The position numbers and the translations under genes are program-made. Positions 1 to 11,132 of a DNA stretch of 64,000 nt are shown here, one piece after another; positions within the stretch are counted from its first letter, which is position 1; each line of letters begins with the position of its first letter. Under the pieces are notes generated by a model. It was not told the origin of the DNA. It saw only the letters and a program-made list of their open reading frames with translations, and made no database searches. Origin of the DNA: Nitrospirota bacterium (GTDB lineage: Bacteria; Nitrospirota; UBA9217); contig CAVVUN010000009.1 of assembly GCA_963751455.1 (NCBI GenBank), positions 64,001 through 128,000 of the forward strand, in the 5' to 3' direction.

Positions 1-443
1 TCCAGGTAGGTCATGCCGATGTGGACCATGTGGATGCTGATGTCAGTTTCAAGCTGCTCACTCTCCAGGGGTTGACCGCTTTTTTTATGATGTTCGGCCT
101 CGTTGGTTTTGCAATGCTGCGGGAAAGCCGAACCGGCAGCGGGGTTGCCCTGGTCAGCGCCCTTGCTGCCGGGCTGGGAACGGTATGGCTCATCGGCAAG
201 ATATTTACCTCGGTCAAGAAGCTCCAGTCCAGCGGGACCATTGACAACGCTGATGCGATCGGCGAACACGGAACAGTGTCTCTTACGATCCATGCAAAAG
301 GGACAGGGAAGGTGCTTGTCACGATGAAAGACCGGCCCCGCGAGTTCGAGGCTGTGGCGAAGAACGGCGAAGAGATCAAGACCGGCGAACGGGTCAAGGT
401 CCTGGAAGTCAACGGGAGCATGGTAATTGTCGGAAAGATATAA
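1..443 (+). CDS. NfeD-like membrane protein with C-terminal OB domain (5' end probably upstream of window)
   Basis: TM helices followed by GxxGxV..I...G.G.V OB-fold ending ERVKVLEVNGSMVIV; directly upstream of a flotillin gene. Confidence 0.8.
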   Translation, partial: QVGHADVDHVDADVSFKLLTLQGLTAFFMMFGLVGFAMLRESRTGSGVALVSALAAGLGTVWLIGKIFTSVKKLQSSGTIDNADAIGEHGTVSLTIHAKGTGKVLVTMKDRPREFEAVAKNGEEIKTGERVKVLEVNGSMVIVGKI

Positions 444-511
444 AAGAGGAAACACCGGAAACAAAATTTAAATCCGAGCGAGCAAAAGAACGGTAACTAA
501 CAGGGTTTTCC

Positions 512-732
512 CTAACCCGGACAAGCCGGAACTAAAACCTTGGAACCGCGAAGGCGCGAAGGTCGCGAAGAAAACCTTGCAAGTCTTGAATTAAAACAAA
601 ATCTTTGTTTTGATGTCCTTCGCGTTCGCTTGTGCCCAGCGCATGTGAGTGCTTGCCGCGAATGCAGGGCATCGCGCCTTCGCGGTAAATATTCTTCCCA
701 TTTTGAGAAGGATTTGATTTGTAACAGACTAA
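512..732 (+). mobile_element. Non-autonomous repeat element (MITE-like), copy 1; CTAA at both ends
   Basis: Left end CCTAACCCGGACAAGCCGGAAC and right end TTCTTCCCATTTTGAGAAG match the reverse complement of 12074-12255; internal CGCGAAG inverted repeats. Confidence 0.7.
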
Positions 733-753
733 ACAGATATTAAAGGAGGTCTT

Positions 754-2307
754 ATGTTCAACATGGGTTTATGGGTCCTGCCGATCGCGGCACTGATCAT
801 ACTTGTAGTATCAACGGTTGTGTTCCTGGCATCGCGGTACAAACGGTGTCCCTCGGACATGATCCTCGTGGTGTACGGAAAGGTTGGGGAAGGGCAGTCG
901 GCCCGGTGCATCCACGGCGGAGGCGCCCTGGTTTGGCCGCTGATCCAGGACTCGGCGTACATGAGCCTCACCCCGATCACCATCAGCATCCCGCTCCAGA
1001 ACGCGCTTTCGCTCCAGAACATCCGCATTAACGTCCCGAGCACCTTCACCGTCGGCATCAGCGTTGATAAGAGCACCATGAACAACGCTGCTGAACGGCT
1101 CCTGAACCTTCCGCCCCAGCGCATTGAGGACATGGCCAAGGAGATCATCTTCGGCCAGTTGCGCCTGACCGTGGCATCGCTTACGATCGAGCAGATCAAC
1201 CAGGACCGGGAAAGCTTTCTCGAGTCCATCAGGAAGAACGTGGAGCCGGAACTGAACAAGATCGGCCTGTACCTCATCAACGTGAACATCACGGACATTA
1301 CCGACGAATCTGACTACATTCAGAGCATCGGGAAGAAGGCGGCCTCGGAAGCCATTAACCGCGCCCGCGTCGATGTCGCGGAGCAGGACAAGATGGGCGC
1401 GATCGGCCAGGCCGTGGCCAACCGGGACAAGGAGATCAAGGTCGCCGAGAATACGGCAGAGTCGGAAAAGGGAAAGAAGCGGGCCGATGCGGACCGCCGC
1501 GTATTCGTACAACAGCAGGAGACTGCGGCATCGATCGGCGAAGCGGACGCCAACCGGGAGAAGGAGATCCGGATCGCCGAGAACGTGGCCATGTCCGAAA
1601 AGGGAAAGAAAAAAGCTGAAGCTGACCGCCGCGTGTATGTGCAGGCGCAGGAAGCGGAAGCAGTCACGGGCGAGAACAAGGCCAAGGCTGATATCGCGGC
1701 AACCAATGCCGAACTCGCCATGCGTCAGGCAGAAGCGCTCCAGAAGGGCGAGGTCGCCCGGCGCGAGGCTGAGGTCGAAATCCAGAAAGCCCAGTACCGC
1801 GCGGAACAGGAACGCCTGAACGCAGAGGAAGTGGTAAAGCAAGAGATAGGCAAAAAGAAGATTGAGATTGCAGCAGAGGCAGAGGCAGAGAAGACGCGCA
1901 GAGAAGCAAAGGGTGTAGCGGACGGCATCCTGCTCAAGTACGAAGCAGAGGCCAAGGGTATCAGGCAGGTGCTCGAGAGCAAGGCCGCAGGGTATCAGAA
2001 CCTGGTCAAGAGCTGCAACGGCGACGCCAGGGCGGTGGCAACGCTGCTCATGACCGAGAAGATCGAGCAGATCGTGGCCATGCAGGTGGAGGCTATCAAG
2101 AACATCAAAATCGACAAGGTCACGGTCTGGGATTCAGCAGGCGGCCATGGCGACGGCAGTTCCTCAACGTCGAGCTTCCTTTCGAGCCTCGTGCGAAGCA
2201 TCCCGCCGCTCCAGGATGTGGCCAGGATGGCGGGAGTCGAACTTCCGAGTTATCTTGGGGCGATGACGGAGAAGACAGAAGGGGAGAAGGAAGGCAAGAC
2301 AAATTGA
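754..2307 (+). CDS. Flotillin/SPFH (band 7) family protein
   Basis: N-terminal TM, SPFH domain, AEA-rich coiled coil with an internal duplicated segment (ANRDKEIKVAEN/ANREKEIRIAEN); GGAGG RBS. Confidence 0.93.
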   Translation: MFNMGLWVLPIAALIILVVSTVVFLASRYKRCPSDMILVVYGKVGEGQSARCIHGGGALVWPLIQDSAYMSLTPITISIPLQNALSLQNIRINVPSTFTVGISVDKSTMNNAAERLLNLPPQRIEDMAKEIIFGQLRLTVASLTIEQINQDRESFLESIRKNVEPELNKIGLYLINVNITDITDESDYIQSIGKKAASEAINRARVDVAEQDKMGAIGQAVANRDKEIKVAENTAESEKGKKRADADRRVFVQQQETAASIGEADANREKEIRIAENVAMSEKGKKKAEADRRVYVQAQEAEAVTGENKAKADIAATNAELAMRQAEALQKGEVARREAEVEIQKAQYRAEQERLNAEEVVKQEIGKKKIEIAAEAEAEKTRREAKGVADGILLKYEAEAKGIRQVLESKAAGYQNLVKSCNGDARAVATLLMTEKIEQIVAMQVEAIKNIKIDKVTVWDSAGGHGDGSSSTSSFLSSLVRSIPPLQDVARMAGVELPSYLGAMTEKTEGEKEGKTN

Positions 2308-2523
2308 TATGACAGGGAGACTGTTTTCGTCGATGTCAGGGAGGACCGTGTAGTTCTATTCGGCAGCGTAGGCCAGGACAGGCGAAGTAACAGCGGAATT
2401 CGGTTATGAGTGATGCCCCAAAATGGCATTTTACCTTGCCTTTTCAGTGTATTTGTAATAATCTTATGAGTGAGAATGTGCTGCGGCCAAATATGGATTT
2501 TCTGATGGTCGCTGAGGGAAACC

Positions 2524-2784
2524 GTGCCGGAACTAAGCAGATTTTTTGGCATCATTATAGCCATGTTTTACGATGATCATAACCCTCCGCACTTTCACGC
2601 CCGCTATGGCGGCTATAAAGCTTCAATCAGCATCAATGACTTTGCCGTACTCGATGGTTTTCTGCCTCCCCGGGCATTGGGGCTTGTAATGGAATGGGCG
2701 GATATTCACAAGGATGAACTCATGGCCGCTTGGAACCTGGCAAGGGAGAATAAACCTCCGGCCCCGATTGAGCCGCTGAAGTAA
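2524..2784 (+). CDS. DUF4160 family protein (putative toxin)
   Basis: MPELSRFFGIIIAMFYDDHNPPHFHARY signature. Confidence 0.88.
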   Translation: MPELSRFFGIIIAMFYDDHNPPHFHARYGGYKASISINDFAVLDGFLPPRALGLVMEWADIHKDELMAAWNLARENKPPAPIEPLK

Positions 2785-2794
2785 GGAGTGTGTT

Positions 2795-3085
2795 ATGTAT
2801 GACCTCATCGAAGCAAAATATATAGACGGATACGTGTTGGAGTTGGTTTTTGAAAACGGCAAGAAGGGCATGTTTGATTTTTCGAGTTATGTGAAAAAGG
2901 GCGGCGTGTTCGGCAGGTTTTCTGATCTTGCCTACTTCAAGAACTTCTTCGTAAACAAAGAATTAGGCGTTTTGTGCTGGCCGGATGGATTGGATATAGC
3001 GCCGGAAACGCTCTATCATAAGGCAACAGGGGAACCGCTTCCCGCATGGATGACAGTAGGAAAGCAGCCGCGGGTGAAGGGATAG
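2795..3085 (+). CDS. DUF2442 family protein (putative antitoxin)
   Basis: LELVFENG...WPDGLDIAPETLY signature; paired with DUF4160. Confidence 0.88.
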   Translation: MYDLIEAKYIDGYVLELVFENGKKGMFDFSSYVKKGGVFGRFSDLAYFKNFFVNKELGVLCWPDGLDIAPETLYHKATGEPLPAWMTVGKQPRVKG

Positions 3086-3138
3086 TGTTTTAGAGAGACG
3101 GACGTAGGGAATGGAGCGATAGCGTAAATATCAGCACG

Positions 3139-3187
3139 AAGCCGGTTGGAAATGAGGAAATTCATCATTAACCGGCTTTTTCTTTTC
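3139..3187 (+). terminator. Long hairpin with U-tract, copy 1
   Basis: AAGCCGGTT...AACCGGCTT TTTCTTTT; near-repeat at 4009-4053. Confidence 0.6.
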
Positions 3188-3271
3188 AATCGACTGGAAT
3201 AAGTTTCGCTTGTCATCACAGTTCGGTTTCTTGTATACTTGCTTCAATCTTAGCCCTACCAGGAGCCTGCT

Positions 3272-3970
3272 ATGGAAGAAAAAGACTTTCAACGGATTGA
3301 GCAATTGATCGGCAGGGCTGTAAGCTCCGAAGTTGGCAAGGCAGTAAAGGCTGAAATCGGAAGTGTTAGAGAAGAGATAAAGGCTGTCAGGGGTGAAGTA
3401 GCGGGCGTCGCAGAGGGTCTTAACACCGTAAAGGCTCAAGTCGGGAGTCTGGCAGAGGAACTTAATACTGTAAAAGCTAAAGTCGGGAGCGTTGCAGAAG
3501 AACTTAATACCGTAAAAGTTCAAGTCGGTAGCGTAGCAGAAGAACTTAATACAGTAAAAATTCAAGTCGGTAGTGTGGCAGAAGAACTTAATACTGTAAA
3601 AGCTCAAGTCGGTAGCGTAGGAGAAGAACTTAATACCGTAAAAATTCAAGTCGGTAGTGTAGCAGAAGAACTAAATACCGTAAAAGCTCATGTCGGGAAC
3701 GTAACAGAAGAAATACATACAGTGAAGTCGCAGCTTGTCAGTTTTAAGGATGAAATAAAAGAAGATTTCCGTGTACAAATCGGCATTCTTTCTGAAGATT
3801 TTCAACAAAAGCTGCAACTGGTCGCGGAAGGGCATCAAATGCTGTCTGAAAAAATGGACAGGATGCACGATGATTTGACCGGGAAGATCGATGCCGTCAC
3901 CGGGGACCTGGCCGCACATCGGGCTGACACTGAAGGCCACAAACGAGGATACATGATAAAGGAACCGTAA
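3272..3970 (+). CDS. Coiled-coil protein with 14-aa tandem repeats
   Basis: 232-aa ORF with AGGAG RBS; 8 units of VAEELNTVKxQVGS. Confidence 0.8.
   Translation: MEEKDFQRIEQLIGRAVSSEVGKAVKAEIGSVREEIKAVRGEVAGVAEGLNTVKAQVGSLAEELNTVKAKVGSVAEELNTVKVQVGSVAEELNTVKIQVGSVAEELNTVKAQVGSVGEELNTVKIQVGSVAEELNTVKAHVGNVTEEIHTVKSQLVSFKDEIKEDFRVQIGILSEDFQQKLQLVAEGHQMLSEKMDRMHDDLTGKIDAVTGDLAAHRADTEGHKRGYMIKEP
3407..3742 (+). repeat. 42-bp coding tandem repeat, about 8 units
   Basis: GCAGAAGAACTTAATACCGTAAAA..CAAGTCGGTAGC repeated. Confidence 0.92.
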
Positions 3971-4008
3971 TTGATCGAAGACGCCTGATTATTGAAAAAA
4001 AGAACACA

Positions 4009-4053
4009 AAGCCGGTTGGAAGTGAAGGAATTCATCTTTGACCGGTTTTTTTT
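4009..4053 (+). terminator. Long hairpin with U-tract, copy 2
   Basis: AAGCCGGTTGGAAGTGAAGGAATTCATCTTTGACCGGTTTTTTTT. Confidence 0.6.
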
Positions 4054-4290
4054 CTGGCTGGGAGGTCTTACTTCGCGCTCTATGTTTATGGCCGCGACTT
4101 GGCAATAGCTTTTTGAATCAAAACCTGAATTAATTTTCGAGGCAAAAGCCACAAAATAAATCTTAATTTTGAATCTGGAATTTCTTCGTGTCTTCGTGGC
4201 TTCGTGTGAGGCAGATTCAAAGGTCTTGATTTTGGTTTATTGTTCTGAGGTGCTGCCTCGTTAAGCATTTAAAGTCTTCGGAGGTTAACG

Positions 4291-4670
4291 ATGGGAACAA
4301 AAGAATGCCGCCACTGTAAACAGCCGATACACCATGATGCGCGCCGCTGCCAGCATTGCCAGGGCATGCAGTCATGGATCGCCGACCAGAAAGATCCTCG
4401 GATGGTGGCGCTGGTCTTCATCCCGCTTGTGCTCATCCTCGGTGGATTTATGATAATGGCCCGCACAATCTCGAAACCTTTGGAATAAAAAGAATTTCAC
4501 CTCCATCCTTGTCCGTTAAAAATGTGGTCTATCGCTTCGGAAACGGCGGCAAAATATTCGTATCCGGCCAGATTTCGAACACATCCGACACTGATGCCGG
4601 GAAAACCTGCTTTCGCGTCAATCTTTATTGTCCAATCTGCCACTACTACCGGCGTCCGATGCGGACTTGA
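4291..4670 (+). pseudogene. Zinc-ribbon membrane protein, probably frameshifted or truncated
   Basis: CxxC-x10-CxxC plus TM (4291-4488), then beta-rich continuation (VSGQISNTSD) in another frame. Confidence 0.5.
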
Positions 4671-4705
4671 CATTGTATATATAAGACGTTAATATTGTAT
4701 ATACA
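4667..4705 (+). promoter_or_regulatory. Sigma70 promoter with palindromic operators of vapBC
   Basis: TTGACA-17nt-TAATAT overlapping TTGTATATATAA and TGTATATACA palindromes. Confidence 0.65.
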
Positions 4706-4730
4706 TTAAAAGAGGGGAGGCAATGGTAGA

Positions 4731-4925
4731 ATGAAGTCTTCTGTTAAAATGACAACCATACGGCTTGATATGAAGCTTGCGAACGAGGCGGTGAAAACGC
4801 TCGGAGCAAAGAACAAGAGCGAAGCGGTTCATATGGCGTTAAGAGAGGTGGTGGAGCTCAAGAAGTTCAAGAACTTGATGGCGGCATACGGTGGGAAACT
4901 GAAATTCGAGGCCCATGGCAGGTAG
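4731..4925 (+). CDS. vapB: VapB-type antitoxin
   Basis: TTIRLD..L..EA......KSEAV..AL RHH pattern; overlaps PIN gene. Confidence 0.85.
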   Translation: MKSSVKMTTIRLDMKLANEAVKTLGAKNKSEAVHMALREVVELKKFKNLMAAYGGKLKFEAHGR

Positions 4926-5325
4926 GATCGTTATTTTCGATACGTCCGTCTTTATTGACCATTTGCGGACGAACAAGTACAGAGAAGAGTTCTCCGTAGT
5001 GAGCGGCCTTATCCGGAACTCGGCGGTCGTGCTCGCGGAACTTCGGCGGGGCGCGACCCGGCAAGATGAGCTCTCTTTTATCAATACCCTGATGCAAAAT
5101 CACCCGATACTGACGCCGACGGAAAAGAACTGGGTTGAATCAGGAGAAATTCTGAGCAAGCTGCATCGCGAGCAAGGTTATAGCCCGGAAAAACTCCGGG
5201 ATTTGCATTTCGATGTTCTTATCGCACTAACCGCACGCAATTTCGGCGCTACTGTCGTTACCTCCAATACCTCGGATTTCGAGTTGATACGGCGCTGTAA
5301 GTCGTTCACGCTGGAGGTCTGGTAA
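4915..5325 (+). CDS. vapC: VapC PIN-domain toxin
   Basis: IFDTSVFID, LAEL..G, DVLIALTA, TSN..DF motifs. Confidence 0.9.
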   Translation: MAGRIVIFDTSVFIDHLRTNKYREEFSVVSGLIRNSAVVLAELRRGATRQDELSFINTLMQNHPILTPTEKNWVESGEILSKLHREQGYSPEKLRDLHFDVLIALTARNFGATVVTSNTSDFELIRRCKSFTLEVW

Positions 5326-5554
5326 TCCGGTACGCTTTTTCTTGAGCCTCGTTTATCCGATTTTATCAAAAAACGCGCTGAAGACCACGGGCGTAAGCCC
5401 GTGGATGAAAGCGTACCAGCCGTAGGCTGGTAATGTTTTAATGTGATACAATGGCGGCATGGAAATTAGACATAGTGCTCATGGTGCCTATCATCACCAG
5501 TATCACATAGTATGGATTCCCAAATATCGGAAACGGATTTTAAAAGGGGAGTTA

Positions 5555-6662
5555 TTAACGGTCCCATAATAGAAACAACATTAAACCGCGTACTTGGTTG
5601 TTTCGTTATTGAAGTAAGCCCGCACACGGTCGGGTGATTTCTGGATAAATCGCAGGTGGCTTATTACCGCCCCATGCATTTGATCGCGCGAGGTAATAAC
5701 CTGTTGGCCGATTGCGTTATTCTTCAGATCGTTCCAGACCCGCTCGTCGGGGTTCAACTCAGGTGAATAGGGCGGTAGAAAAAACAGTCGAAAGCGCTTC
5801 TTAATGGATTCAACAAATTTCGAAACCTTTTTGGCCTTATGGGCAGGATGCCCATCGACAATCAGAAAAATCATTCGATCAGTGCCATGAATCAATCGTT
5901 TGATAAACTCAATAAATTGCTGCGCTCCTACCCGCCCCTTGACGACCATGAAGCGGAATTCTCCTTGTGCGCTTACCGCCGAGATCATATTCAGACTAAA
6001 GCGCGCTCCTGTGCTGCTCACAACGGGAGTCTTGCCTTTTACTGCCCAGGTGGTGCCTGCATGATGATCAGAGCGAACACCAGCTTCATCTCCAAAGAAT
6101 ATTTGCGCCTTTTCTTTGCGTGCAAGGCTGCGAATCTTCGGATATTCTTTCTCCAGCCAGCGCTGAACTTCCTCCGGTTTTTGCTGATAGGCCCGCCAGA
6201 CAGGACGCTGCGGCGTCAGTCCCAGTTGCGCCAACAAGCGGCACACAGAAGACTTGCTCAATCGCACACCGAATCTCTGATAGATTATCTGGCCGATCAT
6301 CTTTGCCGTCCACAAGGCGTAGGTAAACTTCATCTGAAGAGGGTTCTTCATCGTCACGGTGCGATAGATCCATTGCATGGCTTTAGCGTCCAATTTCGTA
6401 GGGCGTCCGCCGCGCTTGCTTGCGTCCAGAGCGCCCCAGCCGCCGTTGCGGTATCGAGACAGCCATCCATAGATGGTTACCCGGTGAATACTCAGTGCTT
6501 TGGCTACAAGCTCAGGGCTTTGACCTTCCTGCACACTGGCTACCGCACGTTTTCTCAGTTCTGTCAGAGTCTTGTGATCAAGTCGTCTCGCATCTGTCTT
6601 TTTCATGCGAAACAGCATAGCATAAGTGCGTAATTATGTAAACACTATTTTGAGACAGTTAA
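5555..6662 (-). mobile_element. IS630-family insertion sequence
   Basis: Imperfect 18-bp TIRs (TTAACGGTCCCATAATAG / TTAACTGTCTCAAAATAG) flanked by TA duplication. Confidence 0.93.
5581..6618 (-). CDS. IS630 transposase
   Basis: HTH plus DDE (FGDEAG, IVDGHPAH, LPPYSPELNPDE). Confidence 0.95.
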   Translation of the reverse strand: MLFRMKKTDARRLDHKTLTELRKRAVASVQEGQSPELVAKALSIHRVTIYGWLSRYRNGGWGALDASKRGGRPTKLDAKAMQWIYRTVTMKNPLQMKFTYALWTAKMIGQIIYQRFGVRLSKSSVCRLLAQLGLTPQRPVWRAYQQKPEEVQRWLEKEYPKIRSLARKEKAQIFFGDEAGVRSDHHAGTTWAVKGKTPVVSSTGARFSLNMISAVSAQGEFRFMVVKGRVGAQQFIEFIKRLIHGTDRMIFLIVDGHPAHKAKKVSKFVESIKKRFRLFFLPPYSPELNPDERVWNDLKNNAIGQQVITSRDQMHGAVISHLRFIQKSPDRVRAYFNNETTKYAV

Positions 6663-7150
6663 TAAAGCAGTTTGTAGAGAAGCGATTGCACGATATTGAT
6701 ACGTATCATCCGGAAGTAGAAATTGAGCGGTACAGCATTCAGGAGGATCATGTACATCTGATAATCATCATTCCGCCAAAATATGCAGTGTCGGCGATCG
6801 TCGGAAAGATCAAGGCAAATACGAGTAGGGAAATAAGAAAACATTTCGATTGGATCAAGAGAGTATATTGGAGAAATGAGTTTTGGTCCCCTGGGTTCTT
6901 TTCTTCAACGGTAGGAATAAACGAAGAGGTAATCAAGAGGTACGTGGAGTTTCAAGAAAAGGTTGATAAAGGGCAGTTGAAGTTTGGGTTTTAAAAATAA
7001 GTGCCACGGGCGTAAGCCCGTGGGTATCTACTTGCGTCCAAGCTCTTTTTAAGATGATTAATGGTTTAAACATCTAAGGCGCATCGGCGGTTTTGTTCTT
7101 GAAAACCTCGTCCTTATAAGATATTATCTTACTATAGCTATATCCCTTGA

Positions 7151-7393
<243 letters not shown>

Positions 7394-8088
7394 AGCTTTG
7401 GATCGTCGAAAGCGGTCGTATTCGTATTCATCAAAGTGAAGAGACTGAAGAATAACAAATCGCCGGCACACCTCGCCCGTATCGTAGTTCCCGTAATCAC
7501 AGTCCTCCTTCTTTTTCGGTTCCTCTCGCCACCTCTCAGGGACACCGTCAGTTTCTCCCAGGCGATCTATGACCGGAGCGGAAAGCTGCTTCGTCTGACG
7601 CTCTCCCGGGATGATAAGTACCGCCTCTGGCTACCGCTTAAATCGATATCTCCTGTCCTGGTCAAAGCGACGCTCTTGCACGAAGACAAATGGTTCCGAT
7701 TTCATCCGGGTGTGAGTCCAATCTCTCTTGCCCGTGCTGTCTGGCATACCTACATCAAGAAGGACCGGAAAATCGGCGGGTCAACGATCACGATGCAGCT
7801 TGCTCGTATCCGCTATGAAATTAACTCGCGAACGATCACAGGCAAGGCGGCGCAGATATTTGCTGCTCTCTGGTTGGAGCTTCTTTATTCCAAGAATGAT
7901 ATCCTCGAAGCTTATCTCAACCTTGTGCCGTATGGCTTGAATATCGAAGGGGCAGGGGCGGCAAGCCTTATTTACTTTTATAAGAACGCAGACAAGCTTA
8001 TTCTGTCTAACGCGATTACCTTGAGCGTGATTCCGCAGAGCCCGGCTCGCAGAATTCCTACTTATCTGGAAGTAAGTAATCGGAAAGA

Positions 8089-8197
8089 AAATCCTCCTCA
8101 ATCCCCCTTTTCGAAAGGGGGAGAAAACAATACCCCCCTTCATTCCCCCCTTGCCAAGAGGGGAAGAGGGGTAACAACGGGGGGAGAGGGGGGATTT
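8089..8197. repeat. C/G-rich palindromic repeat inserted in frame in pbpC
   Basis: AAATCCTCCTCAATCCCCCTTTTCGAAAGGGGGA...GGGGGAGAGGGGGGATTT. Confidence 0.8.
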
Positions 8198-8619
8198 GCA
8201 GGTAAAGACCTTCAGGCTGCCTGCGTCGCACTTTTCGCGAAATGGATCGAGAAAAATCCGAAGGACGGGGACCAAAAGGCTTTCATGGACATGCCCGTTG
8301 TTCTCAAACGTCCTTCTGACCTGCCGTTCCTGGCTCCGCACTTTGTGAACGAGGTGCGTAAGCTCAATCCCTTTGACCCCGTGCTTCATACCACGCTCGA
8401 TCTTAAACTGCAGAAACTTATTGAGCGGCATGTCCGCAGCTACGTTGATGGGAACAGGCAGAAGGGAATCAATAATGCTGCCGTGCTTCTTGCCGACGCT
8501 CGTACAATGGAAGTTAGGTCCCTGATCGGGTCGGCAAATTTCTTTGATCCCAGGATCGACGGACAGGTGAATGGCGCCTAGGCTAAACGTTCGCCCGGCT
8601 CTGCACTCAAGCCTTTTAT

Positions 8620-8783
8620 CCTAAAAACGGCATTTGAACACGGATGAACACGGAAACAGCGGATCAAAACAATGTGATAGAGCAAAAAGCCATCTCGCCT
8701 TTTGGGTGAATCCATTACTGTTCGTAACTTCCTATAAATCCGTGTTGATCAGATTTTATCCGTGTCCAACTGCTTTTTTCAGG
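8620..8783 (+). mobile_element. 164-bp MITE, copy 1, 5-bp TSD TTTAT
   Basis: Ends CCTAAAAA / TTTTTTCAGG; reverse-complement copy at 56833-56996. Confidence 0.92.
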
Positions 8784-9227
8784 TTTATCTACGGTTTAGG
8801 CATAGACCAGGGGATTATCCATCCTCTCACCATGCTGAAGGATGCGCCCATGAGCTTCGGTGCCTATAATCCTGAGAACTTTGATAATGATTTTGCCGGA
8901 CCGATCAAGGCATGGGATGCCCTGGTTAAAAGCAGGAATGTTCCGGCCGTTTATATCGTATCGCGTCTTTCTCCGCCTGGATTGCACGGATTTCTGCTCA
9001 AGGCCGGGATTACGCGCATGAAGGACGAATCCTTTTACGGGATGTCTCTGGCTTTAGGAAGTTCGGAAGTGACCATGGAGGAGCTGGTAAAACTCTATGC
9101 CATGCTTGCGAATGGGGGAGTTCTAAAGCCGCTCAAATTTTTCAGTGCATCTTTCTCTATCAGTAAAGTCTCGCACCGTCATTCCGGGCTTGACCCGGAA
9201 TCCAGTGATAATCTTGACAAGACGCTG

Positions 9228-11132
9228 ATAGGGGTAGGGACGACGCATTGATTTGCGCCGCCCCTCCCTCCGAACCGGACTGGCGGATTTCCCGCATCCG
9301 GCTCTCCAGTTGGTGGTTTTACCTTACCAAGGACTGACGTAGCTGCGACAAGGGCGTCTTCAAGGCTGAACAGCCCATGTGCATGAAAGAATTTGTTTGG
9401 CCAGCGCATATGATCGTATCCAAGGCTTATTCCCTGCCGCTTGCTGCGTTTGCGCAGTATGCTCCGCAAGCGCCTTCTTACCCAGCCGTCGAGCGGCGGA
9501 AAGGTCCATTTGTCGGCTATGTTTGAAATATTCAAACCAGCCCCGCAGGGTGTGGTTGACCTTCTTCGATGATTTCAGCCAGGCTCTTCCCGTTGCTGCG
9601 TTTCGTCTTCTCTCGTATGGCGTCTTTGAGTTTCTTCAGGCTCTTCTGGCGAGGGCAACCGCATTCCCTGCTCGAAGTGGTAGCCGAGAAAGTCAAATCC
9701 GCCTTCCGGCGTCGTCGTATCCACCAGCCGCGTTTTGTCGGGGTGCAGCGTCAGTCCCCGTTCCGTCAGCATCGTGCGCACTTTCTCCATTGCGGAGCTT
9801 GCTTCCTCCCGGCTGCGGCACAGGATCACGAAGTCGTCCGCGTAGCGGATCATCTGATACCCCGCCTGCGCCATGGCGACATCCACCGGATGGAGATAGA
9901 GGTTTGCAAGCAACGGGCTGATCACTGCTCCCTGCGGCGTCCCGGCTTCGGGCGTCCACAGCTTCAGTTCTTCCAGGATTTCCTGCTTCAGGAATGCCTC
10001 GATCAGCTCCAATACGCGCCCGTCGGCGATATACTTGCGTACCTCGGCCATGAGCGGTTCGTGGGGGATGCTGTCGAAGTATGCCTTGATGTCCGCATCC
10101 ACCACATGCGTATAGCCCGCCTCCAAGAGTTGATCCACTTCCCGCAAGGCGTCTTTGCATCCGCGTTTCGGACGGAATCCATAGCTGTGTTCGACGAACT
10201 CCTTCTCAAGATGGGCTCGATCACCATGCGCACCGCCGTCTGTGTTACGCGGTCCCGGACCGTCGGTATGCCCAACGGTCTCTTTTCCTTGCTGCCCGGC
10301 TTGTCGATATACGTCCGCCGGATGGGGCGGGGACAGTGGCTGTCCGTGCGTATTTCCTCTTCCAAGCGCGCAAGATTCGTCGCGTAGTTGCTCTCAAACG
10401 CCTCGATGCTTTGATGGTCCGAGCCGGCCGCCCCTTTGTTCGCCCTGACTTTAAGCCAGGCCGCTTCCAGGGTGGTCGGTCTGTATACCTTATCGATCAG
10501 GCTGAACCAAACGCCTCCTTTCACCCCTCGTTCGAGGGCCTCCAGCATGCGGTCCGTCCACACCGATCGTTCCACCCAGTCCCATCGTCTGGGGCCGGCT
10601 TCTCCCGTTTGTTTAGTCCCGCCGATGCGGGACACTGCCGCGGGTTGTGCTTCGTTCGGCGCGGCCTTCACGCATCCACCTTCCTGCACCCCTTGGCTCC
10701 ACGGGCATTACCCCGCTTCTTCGCTACTATGGGGCTCTGACTCCTGCCCAACTGACTCTTTCAGGGCAATGAACACTCCTTGCGCCGGGCAGGTCTCCCT
10801 GGTTCACCTCGCGCAACCTTCCATGCATTCCGTCACCAACCACCCGGCGCGCCCTGTCCTCGCTTTCTCCTGTCCGCCCAGCGTGACAGGCTTCCTGGGT
10901 CGTGCCGCCCGCCGGGGCTGCCGCACTTGCCAGGTCTGGACTTCGCCATGAATCGCAGGCTCGTCGCTACGCACGGCCGAATCGTGTTCGTCGTTATCCT
11001 ACGGACTGCATGTTCGCCTCCGGTTGCTCTCCACCCCGCCTCGCGGCGACGCAGTTACCTTCGGCTACCGGGAGTGGGCATCTCCCGGGAGAGGACTTTC
11101 ACCTCTCCGATCGCGCCTGCTCCCAGGCGCAC
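9228..11132 (-). mobile_element. Group II intron (class C type), antisense to pbpC
   Basis: 5' GTGCG at 11132, domain V GAGCCGGATGCGGGAAATCCGCCAGTCCGGTTC, 3' CCCTACCCCTAT; inserted right after a stem-loop. Confidence 0.93.
9319..10689 (-). pseudogene. ltrA: Intron-encoded reverse transcriptase/maturase, frameshifted
   Basis: RPLGIPTVRDR, GTPQGAVISPLLANLYL, RYADDF and maturase segments fall in three ORF fragments; 3' boundary approximate. Confidence 0.88.

Larger units (their letters stand above)
5459..6994 (+). pseudogene. tnpA: IS200 TnpA (Y1 HUH transposase) split by IS630
   Basis: MEIRHSAHGAYHHQYHIVWIPKYRKRILKGEL (5459-5554) rejoins in frame with KQFVEKR...DHVH...FWSPGFF...YVEFQ. Confidence 0.92.
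5385..7023 (+). mobile_element. IS200/IS605-family element interrupted by IS630
   Basis: Identical subterminal hairpins CCACGGGCGTAAGCCCGTGG at 5385-5404 and 7004-7023. Confidence 0.9.

Noticed and set aside
3407-3742. 42-bp repeats as a CRISPR array
   Set aside because: Contiguous units with no unique spacers; they lie in an open frame and vary mostly at codon level; no cas genes
8579-8581. TAG in pbpC as pyrrolysine or readthrough
   Set aside because: Not an obvious catalytic position, and the gene is independently broken by a MITE and an antisense intron
9319-10689. RT as retron, DGR or defence RT
   Set aside because: Clear group II intron termini, domain V and maturase region
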